The position numbers and the translations under genes were made by a program. From Tubiluchus corallicola (taxonomy: Eukaryota; Animalia; Priapulida), in NCBI GenBank assembly GCA_030141605.1, contig JAQGDQ010000029.1:124001-188000 (forward strand): DNA of 64,000 nt, written 5' to 3'. The notes under the pieces were generated by a model, which saw only the letters and a program-made list of their open reading frames with translations, did no database searches and was not told the origin of the DNA. This document shows, piece by piece, positions 10,306-20,199 of this stretch (positions are counted from its first letter, which is position 1; each line of letters starts with the position of its first letter).

Positions 10306-10376
10306 TCATCCATCCATGCATCTATCTATCTATCTATCTATCTATCCACCTCTAACTGCTAACCCTAACCCTAATC
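9966..10376 (+). repeat. Second telomere-like CCCTAA cluster interleaved with (TCTA)n microsatellites
   Basis: CCCTAA runs at ~9997-10050, 10189-10216 and 10359-10376. (TCTA)n tracts at ~10070-10180 and ~10237-10345. Confidence 0.9.
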
Positions 10377-10399
10377 TCGTCCTTATTTTAGCGTCGAGA

Positions 10400-10892
10400 C
10401 GAAAGTTACCTCTCGCGTTGTTGCTGTTGTTGGCGGTTTCTATCGAAATCCGCCTTTGCAGTCTTCCCAGCAGAGTCATGGGTACGCATATTTCTTTCAG
10501 ATATTTGAAGAAATCGCTCCAACCCAGCGGTGGCGACATCTTTTCGCTTCTTACTGCATAATTTATCAAATCCACTAAGTGGGAGTCGTTCATCGCACGC
10601 CCCGCATGCACAAACGACCCACCTTGTCCCAACGAATGTGGTGTGCCTTCAAAAAGGAGAGCATCTTTTCGCCTCTGTTCTTGTACTTGACAGGCAACGC
10701 TTCGATTATGTGCGCATCTCTAAGACGGGTTCCGGTACCGTCATCGTCGTCGTCTTCCCCCGTGGATGAGGGGTGTTTCAAGTATTTCATTTCCTGCATC
10801 AGTTCGCTTCTCAACTTATTTTCCACATCTGGCGGTAAACTCCGTGCAGTCAATTCGTCCATTTTCTGATGAATTTCCGTGGTCTTCTGCAA
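10400..10892 (-). pseudogene. Conserved Polinton hypothetical protein (the gene upstream of integrase), one frameshift
   Basis: IIEALPVKYKNRGEKMLSFLK...IRWDK/ GSFVHAGRAMNDSHLVDLINYAVRSEKMSPPLGWSDFFKYLKEICVPMTLLG resembles the conserved Polinton pattern I.W...G....G..I.GS.I.DL....R....P.GW..F...L....VP..L.GN. Confidence 0.7.
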
Positions 10893-11053
10893 GCCGGCGT
10901 GTCTAGACTGGCGCGTGCATGTTTCAACCTGTTATACCCGGCCAACGGTAGCAACACCATCTGAGAAAACATTTTCTATTTCTTGTTTTTATCGCGAAAG
11001 GTCTTCACGGTTCCAGCCACAGACGCAGCAGGCGAAGTGGCACCAAATATACC

Positions 11054-11335
11054 TGTGGAAGTTGTAACTGCATATTTTTAGGTGCTGCCATCTATTGACT
11101 AATCATTTTACATTTTACTAGCCAAACTCACCCCTAGTATAATTGTTCGGTCCAGTGAATATGCATACTCAGTGGATCTCTCCCTATTTTACTGTAATGG
11201 TATTTGTGAAGCCAAGTTTGCATAATTACCTCTACCTATATATACTGGCTGGATTTTACTTCTAGCCACTGTCTAACTCTCAGTGATCAGTGCAGGACAC
11301 TCTTGTCCTCAGTGTGCAGTGTAGCAGTCATTCTA
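11054..11335 (+). repeat. 5' LTR of BEL-2 (3' ~110 bp, PBS and gag start deleted)
   Basis: Near-identical to 16671-16951; by eye about 4 substitutions and 1 indel. Confidence 0.93.
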
Positions 11336-13640
11336 GGTAGGAAGAGGTAAGCCTTCTCTTATCACTTGTTACTGAAAGGGCAGAGCGTCTGTTTGAAGCA
11401 GACAACAACATCTTGTCACAGTTGTTAGACGTTGATGCCGAACAGGAATCACTCGATGAGGAAGTCGAATCTGTTGATGAGTATAAATTGCGTGTTACAC
11501 GTGAAGTACATCGTGCCAATCAGTTTCTTGGCCCTGCTTCCGCAGCTGACCATCCTACCACGGGTCCTGCCGCAGGCGCCAGTCGAGCTGACACTCTCTC
11601 TGACAATTCACTTTCTCGTTCAGCGGCATTTACTCGTTTACCCAAGCTGATACTGCGGAAATTTGATGGCCAGATTTTGGATTGGCTGGCGTTCTGGGAA
11701 CAGTTTGATGCTGCTGTTCATTCTCATGAGCATTTAGCACCTGTGCAGAAGTTCACTTACTTGAAGGATCAACTATGCGGTGAGGCTGCCACAGCCATAG
11801 CCGGGTTACCTCTTTCCTCAGCTAACTACGCTACTGCCATTCAACTACTTGAGCGTCGGTTCGGGCGCAAAGAAGTTCTAATAAGTGCACTGTGACGTCA
11901 CAGACGTCCTCGTCCGTATTAAAATTATGCTAAAGTTCATTTTGTACTCCAAATAAAATATTCATTTCTGTTTTATGTTTGGGTTGGTTTCCTGCCCATC
12001 CTTTAATACCTCTCCCCTTTTCCCTGTTTGATGGCGATCTTCCTATCACATGTCTTGAATGGTTACAGGATAATTTTCGCGCTCCTGGAAAAGCATTGAA
12101 CCGTGATTTTTCCTTATTGCCGTCATTACGGGTTTGAGCTGCGTTTGAAGCGACACGTTTTGTGGCAGCAAGTTTGAGATCTCATAATGAGTTTGTTAGT
12201 TTTTGGTGTTCTCCTCGTAATCAAATTTCTCTGAGAGAAAACCAGACGGTTCCTTGGCAGTGTTACTAGTATTCAGGAAACTTCGTCGTGTTCGTAATCT
12301 GGCCACGTAGATCATGACGATTGTTGGGTGGAGTTTTCTAACTGCCTAAGGAGGTTGCCTAGCTGAAGACTGAGAACGAGGAACTTTTCTCCTTTCCTCC
12401 GTCATTTGCTGACTCCTACAGTATAGGAGTAAACGGAGACATTTCGAGACCCTGGATCCTTGTTTCTAACACTCTGGTGGTGGAGTCTGCAATGCGTGAG
12501 CCCCAGCAATCTGTTCCGGTGTGGTTTCTTGATTCTTGAGATGTGATCCTGGATAACTGGACCCACGGTATCACGACCTGAGGCTAGCCCATTGGTACAG
12601 CTGCAGCGACAATGGAACTCTTTGGTAATTATCCTCTCCTCTCTTCCTATTATACCTAGGATGGGGTTAACTGAATTCTTTCATTATATGTGTGTATATA
12701 AGTAATTTACAGAAAATATTATTTTTGAAATTACCATTAAATAATTTTTGCACATTTTTTTATAAAAAAGCAATAACGTTTGTTTGTCCTTCTGTTCGTC
12801 CTCGTCATTTCTAAGTACAAATGATAATGGCCTAAAATAGCATCAGTTTTAATCAAACTACTAGGACCCTCGTTAAAAAAAAGTCTGGATAAAACCCCTT
12901 GCCTTAAAAAATTAGTATTAAAAATTGTTTTTATCCACATGTGATTAACTCTGGCGTGCTCGGATAAAGTAAAAGACAACCCCTATTTTGCATTCCTGAC
13001 AAAACTATTTATTCTTTTATATAATACACCATAGAGCGTCAAAAATGGTGCCAGTGGTCGTCACATGCACATATGTCAGCACTTCTTCGATTGCAACCAT
13101 GCAACCATGCGAAGCCACTTCGTAAAGTGCTTGACGAGCTTGAGACGAACGTATCGAAGCCCTAAATGTCACTTCAGATTCTTATGGTCGGTTACTAATA
13201 CCGGTCCTGTTGTCTCGTATACCTTCACATCTTCGTCTCCAATGGGCAAAGAAGGATGCGGACGAAGAAGGTACAGTCAAGGAGCTTATGGAGTTTCTCA
13301 GAGATGATATCCAAGCTCGTGAGCATGTTAGAGAAGTCAACTATTTCGTCGAGAAGCCTACTCAACCAACTGTGAAGCAGTGTTCTGGTAAACGCTCTAC
13401 ATTTTCTGACAAGGGGCACCAATAACACCAAGTCTTGTTTATTGTGTGGCGATTCGTGTAGAACCCCTTTCCGTTGTCAGAAGTTCTTAGACTTGTCCGT
13501 TGATGCTCGACAGAAGCTCATCAAGGACAGACACTTGTGTTTCAATTGTTTACAGTCACATTGACTACAACAGTGCACATCCAAGAATGTGTGTAAAGAA
13601 TGTGGTTCCTTGCACCATACACTGCTGCATCGTGTTTCTT
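11336..13640 (+). pseudogene. gag: BEL-2 gag, interrupted by a solo LTR and frameshifts
   Basis: RLPKLILRKFDGQILDWLAFWEQFDAAVH...QKFTYLK...LLERRFG (DUF1759-like). It resumes after 13070 as ISAHMSALLRLQP, followed by Cys knuckles (CFNCL, CKECGSLHHTLLH). Confidence 0.85.
11891..13065. mobile_element. Solo LTR (1175 bp) inserted in BEL-2 gag
   Basis: Ends TGTGACG...CGTCACA (7-bp inverted termini), 5-bp TSD TGCAC at 11886-11890 and 13066-13070. No coding content, and its removal restores the gag frame. Confidence 0.85.
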
Positions 13641-16560
13641 CAAACAGTGCATTCAGCGGAATTTCTCCTGGTGGTGTTTGCGATCCGCCTTCTTCTAAAC
13701 TCAACTGCATGGTGAAAACTACCAGCAATGATCAACGCACCGTTCTACAAACAGTTCTTGTCCACATGGATGGAATCGATCCTCCTGTTCGTCTACTCCT
13801 GGATAGTGGATCGGAAGGCGAGGCTCTCAGTCAACAAATTCAATGCAAACGGGCCACTCAACGTAAGTTGTTTCAAGTTCAAACTTTTGGTGGGAAGAAT
13901 ACTTCCTCAATTAACAGACAGAAATATGAGTTCAAACTTCGTAGTATGTATAATGATCAATGGTATTTTATAAATTGTTGGGTTGTTTCAGTCATATGTT
14001 CACCCCTTCAGGGTGTCGAATTGTCTTGTTTAACTATGTTACCACAAGGTTTAGATTATGCTGATGGTTACAGTCAACTACAATTACCCATTGATGCATT
14101 GGTTGGTAATGATGCCCTTCCTCACATCTTTACTCCTAATGCACCCTTTTTCCACTCCAATCTTATGCTGATTCCTACCATCTTTGGTTGGACCTTGAGT
14201 GGTTGTGTTCCCAACTCCCTGTCACAACAGTCCTCCTTAGTTCCTCTTGTACGCACTCTGTACTCTAGGAATGCAGATGCCAATATCTGTGAATCTTGGT
14301 GGCAATTGGAGTCCATGAACATCTATCCTGACTCGGAAAAAGACGAGTTTCCTTTATCCATCAAGCACATTGATGGTCGATACGAGACTACTTTGCCATG
14401 GGCTGGGTTCGAACATCCTCAGTTCACGAAGCAGCAAGCCATAGCACATGGTCGATCCTTCTACAGGTTGCCACTAGAAAGGCAACATCGATACAGAGAC
14501 TCGTTAAAAGAGTGGCTTAGCCTTGGAATCATTGAAGACTCTCCTGACACAGATGGTGGCAATTTCCTACCCCATCATAGTCTCATGCAAGGAAAAAAGT
14601 TACGAGTTGTTTTCAACGGCTCAGCAAAGCCTACTGTTGGCCTTATCATCAATGATTGTCTGGTAACCGGTCCCAACATGCTCAGCGACCTTTTAGCCAT
14701 TCTGGTACGTTTCCGCAGTCACCAAATTGGTCTAATTGCTGAAATCGAGAAAGCCTTCCTGATGATTGGAATCTCGCCTCCTGATCGAGAGTTTCTCAAG
14801 TTCATTTGGGACTTGGACGGCAAACAGCACGTCAGCAGATTTGCCAGACTTCCCTTTGGGCTTTCTGCAAGCCCAGCCATTCTCCATGCCATCATTGCGA
14901 TGCATCTGGACAGCCTACCTGTGACTTCAACAGTCACCTCTCTTAGGCACAATATGTACGTCGACAATCTCGTATCCGGTTGCGACTACGAATCCGACAT
15001 CGATTCATTCAAATCCGAAGCTGTTCAAGCCTTCGCCAGTGCCGGCATGAACCTGCGTGCTTGGCAGACTTCTTCCTCTTCTACAAGAGAACGGTGGGAG
15101 TGTAACACTGATGACTTTACCAAAGTTCTTGGTCTCAGCTGGTGCCATCCATCTGATACCATAGCCGCCAGCCTGAAGCTTTCATCCGAAACTCCCATCA
15201 CTAAGCGTCAAATGCTAGCCGAAATCTCCAAGATTTTCGATCCTCTGGGATTTATTTCCCCATTCACCATACGTCTCAGGATTCTCTTTCAGTCACTCTG
15301 GAGAGAGTCACTCGACTGGGAAGATGAACTACCTTCCAGTATTGCTGTACAATCGGGTTGTTTCATTGAGGAAACTCAGCAACACAAATCCCGGATACAC
15401 TTTCCTAGATACGTACCAATGACTTCACATTCTGAACTTCACATCTTTTGGGATTCCAGTGAGGCCGCTTATGCAGCTGTTGCGTACGTGAAGACAGACA
15501 CCAATGTGGACTTACTCATGTCGAAAGGCAAACTAGCCCCACTTAAACCACAGACTCTTACTCTTCCACGTTTAGAGCTGATGGCTGCTCTTCTTGGGGT
15601 ACGTCTAGGGACTTACATCCAGCAACATGTACCAGTCCTATCATCATGTATCAGACATTTCTATTCGGACTCAATGGTAACACTCGGATGGATACGAAGT
15701 ATGCCTAAAGACGTGTTCGTGCGTCAGAGGTGTTCGTGTGTTCAGAGTCACAGAGATGCGACCATTTGCGCACACTGGACTTGATCACTTCGGCCCATTG
15801 TATTTTGGCCACCAGACCAAATCATGGGTTCTGCTGTTCACATGTGCCGTCACTAGAGCCGTACACATGGAAGTTGTCACTTCACTCAATGAGAAGGATA
15901 CTGAACTCGCTGTTCGTCGGTTCTTAGCACGCCGTGGACCCGCTCAGTTCTACAGCGACAATGCTCGATCATTCGTCAGCTTGGCGAAACACATGGAGAG
16001 GAGTCTGTCCTGGACCTTCATCCCTGAAGCTGCACCCTGGTGGGGAGGTTACTGGGAGAGACTCATCGGAACTATCAAACGCTCTTGTCGCAAGACACTT
16101 GGCAGTACATCCTTATCTCTGACCGAACTTACCACAGTAGTCACGGAATTAGAGGAACGCATCAATAGGTGCCCGCTCGTCTTGTCTGGAGACGAACCTT
16201 TGACTCCAGGACACTTCATCTTTGGACATAAGCATCCATGATTCACCACCTCCTGTAGATCTACAGAGGAGATGGAGACATCGTCTCACCATCAGCACTC
16301 ATCTTTGGTCCAGATGGAGGAACGAGTACCTTCTATCCTTACGACAATGGAGAACCAAGTCAAGATCTCCAGCTATTCCTAAAGAAGGAGATATCGTTCT
16401 TGTCCATGTCAAGCCTCTACCTCGATGGCGTTGGCCACTAGGAAGGATCGAATCGCTGATCTCCGGTCGAGACGGAAAACCACGAGCAGCCTATATCAGG
16501 AGTCACGGACGCCTTACTCGCCCTCCCCTTTGTCTTCTCTACCCCTTAGAATGCACCTGA
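13589..16560 (+). pseudogene. pol: BEL-2 pol (protease, RT, RNase H, integrase), catalytically degraded
   Basis: LLDSGS; LRVVFNGSA; AEIEKAF (D to E); RLPFGLSASP; MYVDN (YVDD to YVDN); IFDPLG; WDSSEAAY; LPRLELMAA. The integrase Zn-finger is deleted; the core reads GLDHFGP..SDNARSF..PWWGGYWERLI, followed by WPLGRI. Confidence 0.92.
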
Positions 16561-16670
16561 TCCCTCTAATGACATACCTCCCAATCTTGCAGTATTTCAT
16601 TTATTATTGCTTCACTGTATTGTATTGAATTGTATTGAAACTCTAATGTTCTCGTTTCAAGGTGGGAGGA

Positions 16671-17063
16671 TGTGGAAGTTGTAACTGCATATTTTAGGTG
16701 CTGCCATCTATTGACTAATCACTTTACATTTTACTAGCCAAACTCACCCCTAGTATAATTGTTCGGTCCAGTGAATATGCATACTCACTGGATCTCTCTC
16801 TATTTTACTGTAATGGTATTTGTGAAGCCAAGTTTGCATAGTTACCTCTACCTATATATACTGGCTGGATTTTACTTCTAGCCACTGTCTAACTCTCAGT
16901 GATCAGTGCAGGACACTCTTGTCCTCAGTGTGCAGTGTAGCAGTCATTCTACATATGTGCATGTAGTCTAATAAACGTTTTCAGTTTTGTGCAGATATGT
17001 AATACAGTGTTTTATTCTTTTTCTACAAAGTGTTCAACTACAACCTCATACATGACTTTCACA
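16671..17063 (+). repeat. 3' LTR of BEL-2 (393 bp)
   Basis: TG...CA, follows the PPT, contains AATAAA, and is followed by TSD ATACC. Confidence 0.93.
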
Positions 17064-17409
17064 ATACCTGCCAAGATGGGTATGATTGGAAATATTCACC
17101 TTTTTGCACCAGCACACGCCTTCTGGCCCGCAATGTGGAGACGGGCTGAGCTACTCTTCTGAGCATGTTGTGGTGCCCTTTCAACACGTTTCTCTGTTTC
17201 GGCTTCAACTTCACGCTTGAGAGCACATTCTGCTAAAAAATTCACCACATCTCCATCGCATATTTCAACAAATCTCTCCTCTGGTGGGAACTGCCGCAAG
17301 CCAACTGCCGGAAAAACAGTTTGTACCGCCTCACGCGACACAGCGTCATTCCGAGCGACGAGGAAACCCCAATTGGTTCGGTGGCTCGCGCATGCCGATT
17401 TTGCTTATC

Positions 17410-17625
17410 TCATTTCTGGGGCAGGAAGATCATCTGCATAGCCTCGTGTGGAAATATGGCGCTTCTCATGCGAATGCCGTCGTTCGTTTCCTGTCGTAAA
17501 TCGAAAACCACGTAAGAAAATGGCGCTGCAGTGGCACGTTCGTACGCGTCCACGAAAGATTTCGTTTTACCCGGGTACATTTGCCTACCTAACATTTCCA
17601 CCTGCATCTTGTCGCATCAAGATAA
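17410..17625 (-). pseudogene. Polinton packaging ATPase (FtsK/A32-like), C-terminal fragment
   Basis: QVEMLGRQMYPGKTKSFVDAYERATAAPFSYVVFDLRQETNDGIRMRSAIFP matches QI..L.RQ..P......AY..AT..P..Y...DL...T....R.R..IFP. Confidence 0.85.
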
Positions 17626-17639
17626 CTTGATAATAACCA

Positions 17640-18420
17640 GCCATATTAGGAGAGTACCTTGCATATTAGCATGCTTGAGTTTGTATATACAAGTCCAGCG
17701 TGCCAAACTTTGTCAATACATCTGAAACAAAACCCTTTGCTTTCAAGAAGCTCTTTATCTCAGACACAGATTTGTCTTTGAATACTTGATACTCTAGAAT
17801 AGTGTGAGCCCTCCCTCCATTTATGCGACATGAGTTTTCTGTAAAAATCTTTTGACTTGCAGATCTGGGTTAATTTGGAGTAGACATATTTGGCATTTGA
17901 CTGGTTGCAACACCTGTTTTTAGAGTCCTGCTGTTACTTGTATAGCTAGCAGATTTCCTTGTCTTGTAATTTTGTTCGATTATTCTGAGACTTGGAGTGT
18001 GTGTTGAGATTTGGGACAACATTACAAATACTAGGGCTTGATCATTAATCATTGTTGCAAAAATTACGAATTCGCGATATAATACGTTGTACTCTATATC
18101 GTGTTGTATTACTATTTTTGCCCACTTTTGTTGCAAATAATTAGGGAGCTTCTGAATTACAGGTTTAATACTCAATGCTTAATTCAGACAACCCAATCCA
18201 GACAGATACTGTACTTGGCTAGTCACATCCATACAAAAGAAAGAAAAGGTTTGGAGTTTAGCAGTGTCCCTAACACCAAATTGAGCGGCCTTAAGAACTC
18301 TATCCAATAATTTGTTCATAATAACAGCAACACTGCCAAAACGACGAGCCAGCTTCAGTTAGTTTGCTATAGATGTTGGAAGTATTGGCGGCTGCTTGAG
18401 ACTGCAGCTTTCTGACATTT
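17640..18420 (-). mobile_element. Third BEL/Pao-type gag fragment, truncating the ATPase
   Basis: LARRFGSVAVIMNKLLDRV...LGCLN*ALSIKPVIQKLPNYLQQKW...FATMINDQA, followed by a degenerate GFCFRC knuckle. Confidence 0.7.
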
Positions 18421-18740
18421 TTTTCTTCACCATTAATAAATTACATATTAAAGGTCGGGCAAATGATGTGACTTTTCGTTCAACTTAGCTGGTAACAGCA
18501 TATAAATCAACTCGGACTCTATATTAGAGTATATATTTAAACGATTGTAAGAATTCCATCTAGAATCTCATTCTAAATAGAGATAGATGAACGCATTTTA
18601 AAATAAAACTAGCGTTAAACAGATCTCACAAGAGATGATGCCTGCAATATATAATGTGATTACTTTATCATGGGATTATCGGGAACACTTGCTGGTAATG
18701 TAAGAATAATACAGTAATGACATACTAACCGAAAAACAAA

Positions 18741-19196
18741 TACCGTATTTTCCCATGTATAAGAGACCCTTGTGTATAAGAGACCCCTTCAATTTTTAGG
18801 CAAAAATTCTGGAAAAAAGTTTTTTGGTAATGAATAACTTTATTCATCCTAGAAATCATTAAATTAAGCAGAGAGCTTATGCAGATGCGTTGATTGGCTG
18901 CAGAACAATCGATTTCTCTCCAATACCAAAGAGACATTTAAAAAAATAATAAGTTACCCGGTACATTAATTTTATCATTAGAATTTAGCCATGGAGAAGA
19001 TTTATTGAAAGGAAACTATAATTATTCGAAATAAAACAGTTGTAGAGCACTTATTTCTTTAAAATCATTAGTGTCACAATTTATGCATCTTATTGAAAAC
19101 CCATGAATACTTACTCCCATGTATAAGAGACCCCCTATTTTTAAAGTGAAAATTCTGAGCAAAAAAGGGTCTCTTATACACGGGAAAATACGGGTA
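18741..19196. mobile_element. Tc1/mariner-pogo-type MITE
   Basis: TIRs CCGTATTTTCCCATGTATAAGAGACCC / GGGTCTCTTATACACGGGAAAATACGG flanked by TA, with internal copies of TGTATAAGAGACCC. Confidence 0.85.
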
Positions 19197-19455
19197 AAAG
19201 CCTAGAAAAAACAGGCAGCACACAAAAGTGCAATAGACTGATAGCACCAACCTTTGCATCGAGAAATGCCAGCTATGCATTTCATCATTTAATTCGAATA
19301 GGTATCTTCTAATTAAAATGTGGCTGAGATTCAAAAGTGGTAAAATGAATAACAATCCAAGTAAAGTGCAAGTACAAGTAAAGCATGCTACAGATATAAA
19401 TAATTGTAAACAAAATTGTCTAAATTGAACAAACAAAGAACAAAATTATAGGCGA

Positions 19456-19823
19456 CTAACCAGTGAATGTAGCATAAATAAGAGACTGGTAAATTCCTCC
19501 ACAGCAAGAACGTTCAACCACACTGCAGTTTTGCTGAGTACTCTTGCAATGCATATTGCAATTTTTGCCTTCACCATGAATTCCAAATGTATTTCCACAG
19601 TAACAATATGACCGATTCTGAATCCCTGCATAGGAATAGCCTCCACGCTTGCATAAATATATGCAAAGTTTAACTGCATCATCATACAATTGCAAATTAT
19701 ATTGTTCCTGATAAAATGGTAAGTCTCTTGTGCCTTTGTATGCCAGATCTGTAGCATTTGGATCCTTATCTTTCCAGCAACCAAACATGTTATACATGTA
19801 TTTAGGATCGATATCATCATAAT
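19456..19823 (-). CDS. WSC-domain exon of a secreted protein
   Basis: FGCWKD...RDL...LCIYLCKRGGYSYAGIQNRSYCYCGN...CNMHC...CCGG...IY is a WSC domain. Phase-1 acceptor ttttcag at 19824-19830. Confidence 0.85.
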
Positions 19824-19918
19824 CTGAAAAATAGGTCGAAAGAAAAAATTAAAAACTAGGTTTTTAAGGACTCAGGAAATATTTATTGATAGTAAAATAT
19901 TATCATTATATCAATATA

Positions 19919-19925
19919 TTTGTTA

Positions 19926-20018
<93 letters not shown>
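19919..20018 (+). repeat. (TTA)n microsatellite, possibly the tail of the adjacent LINE
   Basis: About 33 TTA/TTG units. Confidence 0.95.
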
Positions 20019-20019
<1 letters not shown>

Positions 20020-20199
20020 ATAAAATTTATATAGTGCCCCAAATAAATAAAAATGCTCATTTGCACTTTATAACGAAAAATTTGACAAAGTCTAAAATAA
20101 ATCACAAAACAATACACAATAAAGAAAAGCCTGAAAAATTTAATTTAAAAAATCAATATAAAATCTAGTTAGCAAAATGCAGGCAAAATTAAAATTCAA

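Larger units (their letters stand above)
11054..17063 (+). mobile_element. BEL/Pao LTR retrotransposon (BEL-2), both LTRs present, internally deleted
   Basis: Termini TGTGGAAG...CTTTCACA, 5-bp TSD ATACC (11049-11053 and 17064-17068), PPT GGTGGGAGGA at 16661-16670, and gag-PR-RT-RH-IN order. Confidence 0.95.
10976..17400 (-). pseudogene. Small Polinton core protein (QKGG-F-type), split by the BEL-2 insertion (parts 17064-~17400 and 10976-11053)
   Basis: Removing 11054-17068 gives ...VVNFLAECAL...RRVLVQKG/FPIIPILAGIFGATSPAASVAGTVKTFRDKNKK*, which reads through the TSD. Confidence 0.65.
3575..17630. mobile_element. Decayed Polinton/Maverick (adintovirus-like) endogenous virus, internally deleted and interrupted by a BEL element
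   Basis: Recognisable remnants of pPolB, adenain protease, MCP, penton, retroviral-type integrase, packaging ATPase and small core proteins. GC content is visibly higher than the flanking host DNA. No TIRs are visible because both ends abut BEL/Pao sequence. Confidence 0.9.

Noticed and set aside
13589-16560. Active BEL retrotransposon
   Set aside because: YVDN instead of YVDD, deleted PBS/gag start and integrase Zn finger, frameshifts, and a solo-LTR insertion in gag.
3575-17630. Polinton terminal inverted repeats and 6-bp TSD
   Set aside because: None found; both ends are cut by BEL/Pao sequence.
19920-20168. Poly-Leu ORF
   Set aside because: Translation of the (TTA)n microsatellite.
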